Positions 8,320-20,500 of a stretch of 64,000 bases of DNA are shown one piece after another (position 1 is the first letter of the stretch; each line of letters begins with the position of its first letter). A program made the position numbers and the translations under genes. A model generated the notes under the pieces. That model was not told the origin of the DNA. It saw nothing but the letters and a program-made list of their open reading frames with translations, and made no database searches. The stretch is from a virus, in the IMG/VR virus record IMGVR_UViG_3300008952_000004, positions 32,001-96,000 of that record; one strand, 5' to 3'.

Positions 8320-8633
8320 TGCTTGTTTTAGTTTCTTTTCTGTTAATCATTAGTTTGGCTTTAAACATTATATTGGTGTGGTATGTTCGACGGTTGATAC
8401 AAAGTATGCTACCCCTGCATGATGATGCGACGGAAGTTCAAGGAGTGTTGCGAGACTTTTTAGAACACGTACAAGGGGTATATGAACTGCCTCTGTTCTA
8501 TGGCGATCCGACTTTGAAAGCCCTACTGGAACATTCCAGAGAAGCAACTAATCAATTGGAGAGCTTTCGAAGCAGCTTTGTATTTGAAGAAGAAAAAAAG
8601 GAAATAGAAGAATATGACGAAGAAGGGACGTAG
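8319..8633 (+). CDS. Membrane-anchored hypothetical protein
   Basis: N-terminal TM segment; ELPLFYGDPTLKALLEH; TGATG coupling. Confidence 0.7.
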   Translation: MLVLVSFLLIISLALNIILVWYVRRLIQSMLPLHDDATEVQGVLRDFLEHVQGVYELPLFYGDPTLKALLEHSREATNQLESFRSSFVFEEEKKEIEEYDEEGT

Positions 8634-9306
8634 CCGTAAGGGAAATTATTATTTTACCCAAGAGCATGAAGATGCCGTGATTAAGTATGCCATATCGGAC
8701 AACCGCCGCGAAAAAGAGCAAATTTATATACAATATATTGGACCAGCGTTTGGAGAAATGGTTGATAAAATTGTATACACTTATAAATTTACCACTCTTC
8801 CAAATATTGATGTACTTAAAGACGAATGTAAAATATGGTTGACCACAATCCTTGATAAATATGATCCGAACAAAGGGTCGAAAGCATTTTCATATTTTAG
8901 CGTAATTACGAAAAATTGGTTTATTCATAAAGTCAAAAAACATTCTACTCGTCTCCGCCGAGAAATTCAACTCGATAAAGTTACTAAAGAGGTTGAACAA
9001 CAACACATTTCCAATACTAATTTTTACGATGAGCGCCGAGAGGAGCAAGAGTTTTGGCAATACTTGTGGAGCGAAATTGAAGTATGGGAAGAAGAACTTT
9101 TAAAGCCAAACGAACAAAAAGTTCTAAATGCGGTTAAACACCTTTTATCTAATTCAGAAGATATAGAAATTTTTAATAAAAAAGCTATTTATCTATATCT
9201 ACGGGAGTTAACAGACTTGAACACAAAACAGGTGGTCAATAATCTTAACAAGCTCAGGACCAGATATAGGAGTTTTAAAAACAGATGGATGGACGGAGAA
9301 ATATAG
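8614..9306 (+). CDS. Phage late sigma factor (T4 gp55-like, sigma region 2)
   Basis: LDKYDPNKGSKAFSYFSVITKNWF matches the region 2 FDPxK...AFxYFT pattern; C-terminal helix-turn-helix-like segment. Confidence 0.75.
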   Translation: MTKKGRSRKGNYYFTQEHEDAVIKYAISDNRREKEQIYIQYIGPAFGEMVDKIVYTYKFTTLPNIDVLKDECKIWLTTILDKYDPNKGSKAFSYFSVITKNWFIHKVKKHSTRLRREIQLDKVTKEVEQQHISNTNFYDERREEQEFWQYLWSEIEVWEEELLKPNEQKVLNAVKHLLSNSEDIEIFNKKAIYLYLRELTDLNTKQVVNNLNKLRTRYRSFKNRWMDGEI

Positions 9307-9608
9307 AGAATCTAGAGTCTTATCTAGAAGAAGCAATAAAGAACATTCGTGACGATCGAGCAATTACATCAGCTTTGTTAGCAGAAGCTGTTTCATATAT
9401 TAAGAAGAATGAAAGCCACCATAAAGATGTTGGACCGGTTGCAGCAAAATATGTAGAAACACTTCAACGCTCGAACGAACAATTAGTAAAAATTTCCAGC
9501 CTTTTACAAAAAAAAGAGCAAGCCAGACATCAGGGCTTATCTGAAGAAGACAGAAAAGATATTTTTGATTTGATTGGTAATGGCGAAGGAACAGCCGATG
9601 AGCGGTAA
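9285..9608 (+). CDS. Helical hypothetical protein, possibly terminase small subunit-like
   Basis: The H..VG.VAAKYVETLQRSNEQLVK...LQKK pattern loosely recalls T4 gp16-like proteins. Confidence 0.35.
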   Translation: MDGRRNIENLESYLEEAIKNIRDDRAITSALLAEAVSYIKKNESHHKDVGPVAAKYVETLQRSNEQLVKISSLLQKKEQARHQGLSEEDRKDIFDLIGNGEGTADER

Positions 9609-12600
9609 AACCCCGCCAACTACCGGTGCAAAAGGAAGTGAAACTCCACCCGTTGGCGCCCGGTCAGAACAAAAGCCCCCCACTGCGGGCGCACCATCCG
9701 GCGTTGCTACAGATCGTGTTTCACACGACTTTGCACCGGGAGAACTCAACGACCTTCCTGTACCTGACTTTATGCCCAGATATGAGGGTGGTAAAGATGA
9801 TGTGTTTAGCGCTTGGCGCAAGATGGCAAGAGATTTTTATACTCCAGATACATTTTCCAAGCTTGGTCCAATGAGGGGGGTCGTTTTAAGAATCGAGGAA
9901 GTTCCACACAAACCTGTTGAAGAAGGGTTCATGGGTTGGACATGGATGGACTTTTTGGATATGGAACAGGCGACAGTTAAAAAGATGCGAGTGCGGATCC
10001 CTGAGATACATTCGATGATTCCTTGCCCCGCAACTATCGGAAAAGAAGCCACAGAAGCAGACAACAAAATAATAGATTTATATGATTTATTTCCACCCAA
10101 AGATCTTGATATTAACGCAGATGCAGTTGTTGAGGGAGATATCGTTTGGGTGGATTATGGAAATAAACTAAATTGGAAGGACCCAGTTTACCTCGGCGCA
10201 GTTAACAAAAAACCATCAGCGGGCGCAGGCGGCATGCCCCCTGGTGGCGCCAATGCCCACGCCAATGGGTGCGGAGGGCAATACCAAAGAACCTCTACCA
10301 CTGCCACTGGAGGCGGCGGAACTGCAATGCCAGCAGCCAACGCTCCGCAGCAACCATATCAAGGGCTCCCCAGAATAGCAAGAGTAGATTTGGAAAAAGG
10401 ACAATGGGGGGACATTAGCAATGCAGCAGCATCAGCCACTGGCGGCTCAAGTGCTACAATGTCGCTTGACGCAAAATGGGTGGTGAATGAAGCAGCGCCC
10501 TACGGAAAGGGTACATATAATGGTTTTAAAAAGGCAGCAAAAGCCTGTCCATATCAACTTAGAGTATATTATGGACATATCCCCGGCAACGGAGAGGCAG
10601 ATAAAAAGAATAGACCCAATGCGCGAACAAGCATAGTCGCTGCCCCTTGGTATTTTGATGCGACCCAACCTTGGGAATTAATATACTTTTTTCACGGGCT
10701 GGGAGGATTTCAATCAAAATCTTTTTCAAATAGAATTATTCCTAATATAAAAAAGCTGATTAAAGAAAAAAGAAATTTTGTTTATGTTAAACCACAATTA
10801 GGTCACGGAGCTTTCGGTCACCGGGATGGACAAACTGATTCTTTTAATCCGGAAAAACACCCTGGTCGCGGAGGGGATTTTGCAATTTACCATAACAATA
10901 TTATAATGACAATTCAGAAACACATTACGTCAACAAAGACTCCCATAGCTAAAACGATGCAAGTGTCTATGTACGCTTGGTCCGCAGGCGGCGCCACAAT
11001 TGGTCGAATTGCCGCATCCGGTGCCATGGCAAAAATAAAGCCTAGCAGAATCTTTTTTGCTGATGCCGAATACCTTTGGGGATATGGAGATGTAAAAGAT
11101 GCCGATGGCAATAGTCAAGGCAAGGCTACTTCTGCACTTACGGCCGTTTGGAAGGGGTATGTTAAAGATAATCCTAAAGTGTGGTTAACTTGCATGACTG
11201 GGACTAAGAAAGTAGATGGATACACAAAAAGAAAATTTAATAGTATAAAGAAAAAAAATGATATATCAAAAAGACCGGTGTATTATTGGGCTACTGGAAA
11301 AAGTCATGGTTGGTGTGGAAAAAACGCCCTCTTTCTTATCTGCCCAGAACACAAGAGTAGAACTTTAAACCCACCTTCCGCCACCACAGCGGCTAAAGCC
11401 GCAGCGCCACCAAAAGTAGAAAGTAATGATAAACAAGCAGAGACAGAAGAAAACAAGAATACAGGTGTAAAACCAGAAGAGGAAAAGACAGGAGCCGAAG
11501 AGGACCAGGGCTTTGTACCCAAGCTTCCACCACAAAAAGAAACGACTGAGACTCCAAAGGAAAACAAACCAAAAAAGTCAGCTAGCGAAAAGCCAAAGGA
11601 TAAAGAGGAGAAAACGTCTGGCGGTGGTATTATGGGGAAGATGAAAGCTGCGGTTTCCGACGCTAAAGACAAGGCAGTGACTTCTGCTAAGGTCGCCTCG
11701 GCAAAAAAGAAATGGACTGTCGTTCCCTCAGGTCCGGACACCTCTTGGAAAGAGAATCGTGTACGAATTAGACATTATGGCGGAACAATTAAAAATAAAA
11801 AAGATAAATTATTGGCTAAAATTAAGGGTCCAAATGAGCGCGGGTATCTGAAGGCACACTTATTAGTTGTCAAGCGTTATCAAGCTATGAAAGCCGCCGC
11901 TGCTGCCGCTGGCGTACAAATGAAGGTCGTATCCGGATGGCGAAAACATAAATACAAATCATTCGAAGATTACGAAGCAAAAATGCTAGCCAAAGGTTAT
12001 GCATCAGCAAAAGCAGCTAGCAAGTGGATTGCCTTTAATTCTCCTCATGAGACGGGAATGGCTCTGGATATTAATTCAGTTGGTGAAGAAAAAGGGATGA
12101 TTTGCCAGAATCGCGCCGAAACATCTGGACGCAATAAAAACTCTGTTTTGGGAAAGTGGTTAATAGCAAATGCTTGGAAGTTTGGATTTGCGCCATATAA
12201 GAACGAGACTTGGCACTGGGAAGTTAGATTACCGGTTTATTCTTGGGTTACAGGTGAGGAATTTACCGACAACTTTGCTGTTCGAGTTACGAAAGTAGGT
12301 CCCAAAGTAAAAGGGTTTACTGGTTCTGGCGAATTTGGAAACACTAATATAGCGCCGGGAGCACAAGCAGGCGGTGGCAGTGTTGGCTCAGCTACCGGCG
12401 CCGGTCCTTGCATTCATGTACCATCCAATGTAGCTGGGATGGGCGAGCCATTACAGGTAACCAATGCTGCGCCAGTCTCAGGGCTTGGGGATAAATTAGT
12501 AATGGGCACACCGGGATCTGACGCGGTAGGCGACGATAAATATTTACGTAAATTAGTAGCTTTCTGTGTACACGAAACTGCCGGTTGGCCAACGAATATT

Positions 12601-13578
12601 CGTCAGAGAAAAAGAAATCAGGATTCCTATGCAGATAAAGGGGGGCATCCCTGTGGCGTGCACTTTTGGGGCACTTCAGATGGCGGCATATTACAAACAA
12701 CCCATCCTGCAAAGCGCATATGGCATGCCCAGGGCGGTTCAATGTTTTCTACATCGATAGAGACTTGTACCATGGGTCCGACTCATCCACGTTATCACGG
12801 AATGATAAAATATTTTGCCAATATGGGATTTCATTTTGTTAGCACGACCAAAGGTAAAGGGGATATTCTTACAGATGAAGGTTGTACTGCTGGCAACGCT
12901 AAAACTTGGCAAGTTATGATGCTTCCGACTCCCCAAATGCAGGAATCGCTCTATAAACTAATATACGGCTTGTCTAAAAACCCTCCGTCAAATGAAGGAA
13001 CTAAATGGAGCTATGGCGGCAAATCAGGTAAAACAGAAATTAATATTCCGATGGCTTTTCCAGCCGTTAACGCAAATGAAGGAAAAATGTGGTGGGGACC
13101 TTGGTATGGAAAGCCGGGGAGTGTTCATTGGGGCAAAGCTGATTTCGCCGCGAACAGTAGTGAGTGGTTTAAGAAAAATCAACCCCCCGGTGTTTTCTGT
13201 CACTGGAACGTGGGTCACCACGCCGATGGATGTATGGGGGTATTTTATACTATGGCACGTGCCCTTGGTATGAATTCGTCCGATGCTTTTTATGCGATGG
13301 TTGGTGCTGTCTGTACTACAAAATATGATTCGACTGTTAAAAACTTTTGGACCCCTCTTCCAAAAGGCGCTGACGGCAAAGAATTAATAAAAAAGGGGAA
13401 AGCCAAGTATCCCTGGCCATTGGATGCTAAGACATTTGTCGACACCCCCGGTGTCACTAGCCAGCCGCTTGCCATATGGAAAAATTTCCCACACAAGTGG
13501 AAAAAAGTAAAAACAGCGTGGGAACAACTAAAGGAAGAAAAGAAAGTACATTTTGGCGATTTTGATAACCCCACATAA
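9598..13578 (+). CDS. gp5-like baseplate hub / virion lysin with alpha/beta-hydrolase, M15 peptidase and Amidase_2 domains
   Basis: OB-fold-like N-terminus (GVVLRIEE...VRIPEIH...GDIVWVDY); FHGLG and WSAGG; SGWR, SPHETGMALD and ETWHWE; VHETA, WHA, SIE and CHWNVGHHADG. Start chosen at 9598 (AAGGA RBS). Confidence 0.8.
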   Translation: MSGKTPPTTGAKGSETPPVGARSEQKPPTAGAPSGVATDRVSHDFAPGELNDLPVPDFMPRYEGGKDDVFSAWRKMARDFYTPDTFSKLGPMRGVVLRIEEVPHKPVEEGFMGWTWMDFLDMEQATVKKMRVRIPEIHSMIPCPATIGKEATEADNKIIDLYDLFPPKDLDINADAVVEGDIVWVDYGNKLNWKDPVYLGAVNKKPSAGAGGMPPGGANAHANGCGGQYQRTSTTATGGGGTAMPAANAPQQPYQGLPRIARVDLEKGQWGDISNAAASATGGSSATMSLDAKWVVNEAAPYGKGTYNGFKKAAKACPYQLRVYYGHIPGNGEADKKNRPNARTSIVAAPWYFDATQPWELIYFFHGLGGFQSKSFSNRIIPNIKKLIKEKRNFVYVKPQLGHGAFGHRDGQTDSFNPEKHPGRGGDFAIYHNNIIMTIQKHITSTKTPIAKTMQVSMYAWSAGGATIGRIAASGAMAKIKPSRIFFADAEYLWGYGDVKDADGNSQGKATSALTAVWKGYVKDNPKVWLTCMTGTKKVDGYTKRKFNSIKKKNDISKRPVYYWATGKSHGWCGKNALFLICPEHKSRTLNPPSATTAAKAAAPPKVESNDKQAETEENKNTGVKPEEEKTGAEEDQGFVPKLPPQKETTETPKENKPKKSASEKPKDKEEKTSGGGIMGKMKAAVSDAKDKAVTSAKVASAKKKWTVVPSGPDTSWKENRVRIRHYGGTIKNKKDKLLAKIKGPNERGYLKAHLLVVKRYQAMKAAAAAAGVQMKVVSGWRKHKYKSFEDYEAKMLAKGYASAKAASKWIAFNSPHETGMALDINSVGEEKGMICQNRAETSGRNKNSVLGKWLIANAWKFGFAPYKNETWHWEVRLPVYSWVTGEEFTDNFAVRVTKVGPKVKGFTGSGEFGNTNIAPGAQAGGGSVGSATGAGPCIHVPSNVAGMGEPLQVTNAAPVSGLGDKLVMGTPGSDAVGDDKYLRKLVAFCVHETAGWPTNIRQRKRNQDSYADKGGHPCGVHFWGTSDGGILQTTHPAKRIWHAQGGSMFSTSIETCTMGPTHPRYHGMIKYFANMGFHFVSTTKGKGDILTDEGCTAGNAKTWQVMMLPTPQMQESLYKLIYGLSKNPPSNEGTKWSYGGKSGKTEINIPMAFPAVNANEGKMWWGPWYGKPGSVHWGKADFAANSSEWFKKNQPPGVFCHWNVGHHADGCMGVFYTMARALGMNSSDAFYAMVGAVCTTKYDSTVKNFWTPLPKGADGKELIKKGKAKYPWPLDAKTFVDTPGVTSQPLAIWKNFPHKWKKVKTAWEQLKEEKKVHFGDFDNPT

Positions 13579-13593
13579 TAGGAGATAAGATAT

Positions 13594-14547
13594 ATGTCAT
13601 CATTCTGGAAAAAGTTAACAACAAAGACTCCAGCAGTTAATAAACTAGGTCGCAATCCCATGTCGGACTTGGTGGAATCAACCGCTGGAAAAATTTTACA
13701 AGTTGATAATTTGGGCATCAACGGTGATAATATTGCCGAAGGTGTTCCCAACGTTGTTGCTGCGCCAAGCGAAAAAATATTAAGAGGAAGGAACAATAGT
13801 TTTATTATTTTAGGTCGCGACAGACCATCGACATTAAGCAGTGGATACGGCGGAATTGGGGACACACATGCAGGTAGAATAGACATTGTTGTCGGGATGT
13901 TAGCTCACAAAGCTGCCAGTCATGGCACTCTGGGTGAACCAATACACGCAGATCCAAATATGTCAAAAGATGCCGCTCGAATATACATGAGTCAAAAAAC
14001 AGACGTCGACAAGAATTTTAAACTTGCTAGGGGTCGGGTTGGTACCTCACGAGCCAAATCTGGAATTGCCATAAAGGCGGACGCGGTTAGAGTTATCGGA
14101 CGTGAGGGTATTAAACTTGTTACTCGCAGCGAAAGGATTAATTCGCAGGGTTCGAATATAATTTCTGTCCCCGGTGTCGATATTATTGCGGGAAACGACG
14201 ATTCCGATTTGCAGCCAATGGTCAAGGGTGACAATTTGAGTCAGTGCTTGGACCGACTTGCAACACATTTGGTAGCTTTAAACGGTATACTTGATACTTT
14301 TCTTATTACTCAGATGAGGTATAACAAGGCTTTGGCTAACCATTTTCACAATTCTCCGTTCTTTGCCGCACCTACAACACCAGCTTTTAGGGCTCAACAA
14401 GAGGGCATTAGAACCGTAATTAAACAACTAACGAAGGTAAAACGCTCCCTTTTGACCCATAAAGACAATGTTGGAAAATGGAATACAACCTATTTACAAC
14501 AAGGCGGCGGTCGCTATATTAATAGCCGCTATAACAATGTTAATTAG
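13594..14547 (+). CDS. Putative baseplate spike / gp5 C-terminal-like protein
   Basis: Beta-rich repeats (IILGRDR, RIDIVVG, IYMSQKT, IAIKADAVRVIGREGIKLVT); position after the hub gene. Confidence 0.55.
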   Translation: MSSFWKKLTTKTPAVNKLGRNPMSDLVESTAGKILQVDNLGINGDNIAEGVPNVVAAPSEKILRGRNNSFIILGRDRPSTLSSGYGGIGDTHAGRIDIVVGMLAHKAASHGTLGEPIHADPNMSKDAARIYMSQKTDVDKNFKLARGRVGTSRAKSGIAIKADAVRVIGREGIKLVTRSERINSQGSNIISVPGVDIIAGNDDSDLQPMVKGDNLSQCLDRLATHLVALNGILDTFLITQMRYNKALANHFHNSPFFAAPTTPAFRAQQEGIRTVIKQLTKVKRSLLTHKDNVGKWNTTYLQQGGGRYINSRYNNVN

Positions 14548-14555
14548 GAGATCTA

Positions 14556-17500
14556 ATGTCTCACGAGGAAGAAAAGAAACAACAGCAAGAAGAAGAGGCT
14601 GGGACAATGTATCTCAAGGGAATTCCTATTGTCTCAGGTTCAATGCTCGCTGTACAGGCTCTGAAAAATTATAATTTTAAGAATTTAGAGGAGAAAACCA
14701 CAGCGTTGCTCGATGAGGCTAAAGGCTCTAAGGGTAGTGATACGTCTATGGCTGCAACATTAGCTCCATATCTTGGTGCGGCAGCAGCACTGGCTAAAGC
14801 AGCCATCCCGCAGTATATGACGGTTCTTGGCGGTATAAGTAAAGAATTTCCAGCCGCAACGCATTACATACGGGATCAAACGATTGGTGTACCAGGCGCA
14901 CGGGAAGAGGCGGTACCCGCCGATGCTGACGCAGCAGTTAAAGAAGCTGAAAAGGTAGCTGATCAAGCAGCAGGCGGTGGAGATCAGGCAGCAGGCGGTG
15001 GAGAGATTGTTTTTACAGATGAAGAAGCAGGCACCATATACGCTAATGAACCAGATGAGAACACCGACAGTTCGGAAGTCGCCGGAGAGGACAAGAAAGA
15101 CGACGCCCCCGCAGGCGCCCAAGAAATTGAACTACCTTTGCAGGGCACCGAAGTAGAAAAGAATCCATTTCACCATTATGCAGAACCATGGCTAAAACCA
15201 AAAAAATATTCACTATACAGCAAACCATCCAGAGACTCTCGTTGGGAAGTAGGGCATATTTTTTCTCACATGGGCACAGACCCACAAAAACCGAGCGACC
15301 TCACTTTAGTGAGGGTGCTTAAACCATTCTTGGGTACCAAAAGAGATGTACATCGTATAGAAGTTATTAATCCGAAGCCAATAATGAGCGCTGTATTCAG
15401 CGCGTACAAAGGTCCTTTATATATAGAGTCTAGTGCTTGTCATCCCTTGCCGGGAATTCCAGAGTTTGAGCCAATCTCTGCGGCAGGCGCCTCCAGCGCA
15501 CACGGTTATCCCTGGCCATACGATTGGAAAGAACTAGGTCCAATTGGGACCGGAGAATGGTGTTATTTAGAAGAAAAGCAACAGATGTATTACGCAAGGT
15601 TATACCAACCAGGGCTTAGGACGAAACCAATTAAATTGGAGGAGGGTTCATCTTGGATCACTGGCGCAAGTGCAGAAATAGAATTACCATTACCAAACCC
15701 AGAGGATGGATACGATGGTGCGAAATATGACGTACCAGAACCGGATAATGAAAAGCCATTCAAAACACTAAAAGAATTTGTTGAATTTGCAGATGAAAAA
15801 GCTATACTACAACGCGGAGTCACACAAATATTACACTTTTATGGAAGGATAAATGCATATGAAAGTCCGCCCAAAGACCTGTTGGATATGATTGTTGACA
15901 CCGAAATGGCATATATCCCATCGCCACCACACGGATTTTATCTAGATCCGAGAACCGGATATATTGACATTGCAGTTGCTCTACGTGCTTCGTATGTAAA
16001 TGCCATTCCACGATATCTATACAGTGATGACGATTTAAATAAATATTTTAGCAATACCGATGGATATTCTTATAGTTTCGCCTATAGCACACTACAGGCA
16101 AAAATAGACTTTATAACGAAACATACTACTGACCGCGCAACAGAACTACAGCCTAAATTTCCAAAGCAAGCAGCAAAACTTATTCGGGTTGTGCAATATT
16201 TGAACTCTTTCCCGGCAAGGTTTAAAAGATTTGTTTTATTAAATGAGGTACCTGAAGAAGAATTAACTGGCACAGACCCACACTTCGAGCTTGGTTTTTC
16301 AAAAGATTTTCAGATATCGTATGTGTTGATGGGGAAAGCGGACAAGCGCTCAACCCCCCTCACCATTGCTTTACCGATGCTGACAAGTGTAAATCAGCGT
16401 CCCGGCACAACGGCAATTGCATCTCACCACTTTCTTTATTCGTTTGAAGATATGGAAAAGAAGGTGCAAGATCCTGCCTTGACAGCAATTGAGTTCGCTC
16501 AAAGATATTACTATCCAGTTACTGCAATAGTTTTTAAACCAACAGAAGCAGAATCAGAAGAAAATCCTCGAACCACGACCCCAGCTATAGCGCAAGCTGC
16601 CGCTGTTTCGAAACACGAAGATCCCGCTGGAGTCGGAAAGTCCACATCCCAAATAATGAGGGAAAAACAAAGTTTAGACAATGTAGATCATAAAATTCAA
16701 CTTTCAAAGTCTCGTGAAAAAGAACAAGAGTTTACAGGCGATAATATAATCGAAGACATAGAATTTTTGAAGGCTCAGGCAAAGGATCCCGAAGGCATTT
16801 ATAAACATGTTCTTAACAAAACAAGTATCAAGGAGTTGTCTGCAATCGCCCTTGCTGATCTGACAAAAGATTTTGGCTTTGCTGATCAGCAAAAAATGGT
16901 GCTTGATTCGGTAATAACAAAAGCTACCGGTGCTCAAATAGAAAAAATGGCAAGCATTATACAGGAAAAATATCCAGGCGAATATTCCAAAGCTCTCGCT
17001 AAAGAATTGGATGCTGCACAAGAATATTTTGAAACCACTGGTACCCCAAAAGAAGGCACAGTTCCACCGGCTATAAAAAACTCAGATGGTAGCATCAACG
17101 ACGTTAAATTAGCACGGGCAATAGAAACTAATATGGCACTATCAGGGTGGCATAAAAATATTCAGTCACCTCAACAAAACCAAGGACAACAAATCTCTGA
17201 AGAAATGAGCCCGGACCAAAAGAAACAAATGAGATATTTCTCTGGTTTCGAATATGGTTCGGGGTTAAAATTTGGTGAAGGATATTCTTTGCCAACAGTC
17301 GATGGTATATTATCAGATAACACAACCATTAGCTCTCCAGCAAGAAAGGCAGATATTTTAAAACGCCTTACTAACAATTCCGGCAATGAGTTTAAATTGC
17401 CAATATCGATATTGGAAAAAACCATTCTGCCGATTGTTCCATACGCAGACGTAAGGAGTACTTTGTCTCAATATATGGGGAATGTTAATGACGTTATGGA

Positions 17501-20500
17501 AGAAATTCAAGAACCGACATCCCTTAAAGAACTTGCACCTCCGACAGTGACACTTCCTGATAATTCATTCACCTCCGACCCTACACCGGGTGTTGTTGAT
17601 GCCGTGGTTGCTGGCATTCGAGAAGCAATTGCCAAAGGTCTGATTGCAACTATAACGATGGTGCTGGATCGAATCAAAAAATCGGCTGCCGACGCATTTG
17701 GAGAAAGATTCGGCGCCATGGTGGGAAAAATTCCACTAGATATGATCAAAGCAGCGTTCCACAACGCGGGTGTGCCCCCCGGCACAGGTGCGGAATTTTT
17801 TGAGAATCTAGCCAAGCAGGCTACCGTTTCTGAAATGGAAGATCTTTTCGCTGGAAGAACCAGCGAAGAAACGGATTCTTTGGTAATGGTTACCGCAGGC
17901 ATGACTCCCGGCATGTTCGAGCATCTTCAAAATATTTCTAATGCGTTTGACAATTTATCAGATTTAGTCGAGCCAGACATTTTTCGCAAGGCGAGAGAGT
18001 CAGAAGCAGAGGCAGAAGTAGAAGATGCGCCTTGGTCTGGACTTCTTTGTGAAGATGATGATTTTCCAGATGAAGACAACCGCGACCGAACAGGGCTAGA
18101 GGAGGCACAACACGAGCGTGACCGGGATTTGGCTAATCGATTAAAAGATCTTATCGATGGGGCAAATAATTTATTGTCGGATATTCCAAGTACAATGTCC
18201 GATTGTGGTGAACAGGGGTTGATTTCTCGTGATCCACCATCAATGCAGATGGCTAATAAATTAGCACTGGATACAATATTTGAATCTGTTGAAATGGCGT
18301 TTTCTCAAGATGCAACCGGATTCATGGATAGTTTATTGTTGAAGAAGTCAAGAGATGCCAAAAAGGGTGATCCTGATTGGATTCCAACATATGGAAAAGA
18401 ACTTGGTATCGATCAGATGACAGGTGCGAAGATCGATCCTAATCCAACAAAAAAGATGGCAGTGGCTCACAATAAGAAAAATTCTAAAATCGAAGTATCA
18501 GTACTACCCTCTTTGAAAAAAAATCTTAGCGACGTTCATAAAAAGAATTTTAAATTATATTCTGAATATGTCGGCGATGAAGAAAAGGGAGAAGGTATTA
18601 CTTGGATTTCGATGAGCGGAGAAGTCGATCCTAAAAAAACTAAACTACCAATTACATTTGCTGCTGAAGAAGCTCAACTCGCACAGGCTAAAGCCACTGT
18701 AAAAAAAATACAAAATAAAATGTCGGACCTGAATTCTTCAGGTTTAGGTCTTGGGGCAGATGCCCTTCACCATCTTCTAAATGATATGGAGAAAGCCGAT
18801 AACGCATTTACCGCAGCCAAAGAAGTACTCGACCAAGCAATAAAAGCAGCACCATCTAAAATTAAAAAAGATAAGTCGTTCGATTTGTCAAACAAGGTTG
18901 AAGAAAAGCTGCTCGAATTTTCTATGACCTGGCCAGAATCCAGCGGTCCCGTTGTCGATAGACATTCTGTCACCTTGGGAGACGGCGACCAAAAATATGT
19001 TTTAGCAAATAAAACAAAATCCCCTTCAAATAATTTGAGCGAAACGACGTTTTATAAGATTTTGCCAGGTTCGACCGGTGAACTCGGGGTTTACAGAACT
19101 GCCCAGTCTCAAGCATTTGCAAACTATATAACCAACAGGTTTACCAACGCTGGATATGCTCTTGCTGGTATACCAGAAGATTTTGAAATGTCAACCGGCT
19201 TTCAAGAATATGCATTAAACTGGGAACAAGTATTTTTCAGATTGTTCAAAAAGACTGCACGACAGGCGAGCCTATCCAACCTTTTTGAACTAGAGGAATT
19301 GTTGGAGGTATCATTATCAAAGAAATATGAAAAAACATTATGCGCCCCAGATCCGGAGGCGTTTGATCTACTTTCAGTTTCTGAAACCAAGGAAGAAGTG
19401 GAGGATGATTATGAACAATCTTGTAAGCCATCTAACAAGAGCGATGCCGCAGGCTCCCCGTTCGAAGAGGCAGCACTAGGAGGTGTACTTAAAGTATATT
19501 TAAGATTATGTGTTGCCGAGGTGTTATTGCGTTCTATATTTATATATTCTCAATTTAATCCCGAAGAAGTATTCGAAGATGGTCTGTTTATGGATTATGT
19601 TGTAGACATGCTTCGAAAAGATCTTGAAAATTCAGATCCAGATTTTTTTTCAAGATTGAAAAAACAAGCTCAAATCATAATCTCAAATAAAAGGAAGAGT
19701 GGAGATCTCAAAAATATATACAATATAAACGATATGACCTTATTAGATGATTTAGATGAGACAGGTTATCAAGAGGAGCGAGCCAATGCTGCATTTAAAT
19801 ATATTGTTTTGGAACAAGCGGCAGACCTATCATATAAATTACAACAGGCACTTGGCACCCAAGCGCCAAAAATATATAAAAGGTTTTTAAACAGCACCGG
19901 CACTCCTGAACCTTTTAATATTGTCACCCCTCAAACGAGTCTAGGTTCAGGCTGGATTCGCACCATAGATGCTCCAAAGGCAAGTGTCGTTGGTACCGGC
20001 GACCAGCGCTTCATTGCTAGAAATGAAGATAAAGTAAAGAACTTAGGAGGTAATCAATCGACTGGAACCAGTCAAACCACCTGGGAGGGCGAGATTACTT
20101 ATGATACTGCGCGTCTAATGTACCCAGATTTAGCCATGGTTGGCGGCACTTTCGTTCTAGAAAAATATGTGCGTGTTGAAGATCTGGACAGGCTCCCTGA
20201 TGATTTCAAAGATCCCTATGGATTTCGCCTCCGGCACGGTGGACCGGACGCACCGGATGAAGGACCCGGAGAGCCCGACACACTAGCCTCGTGGTGTAAA
20301 ACGACACCACATCTTTCTGGCGTTGTAAATATTTCGGCTTTTCGCCAATATCTTGATCAGGTGTTTGAGATACATCCAGCAGACGCAAAGGTTTCTAGCT
20401 TTTTCAAACCATTGAAGTTTGGAATGCGTCTGATGTGGATACCCCCGACCAATCAAAACTTCAAGGCGCAACTTTATGCGTCGGAAACTTCTGAGGTAGT

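Noticed and set aside
14961-15002. Short tandem repeats as phase-variation sites
   Set aside because: Unit lengths are multiples of three (21 and 18 bp), so slippage would not shift frame.
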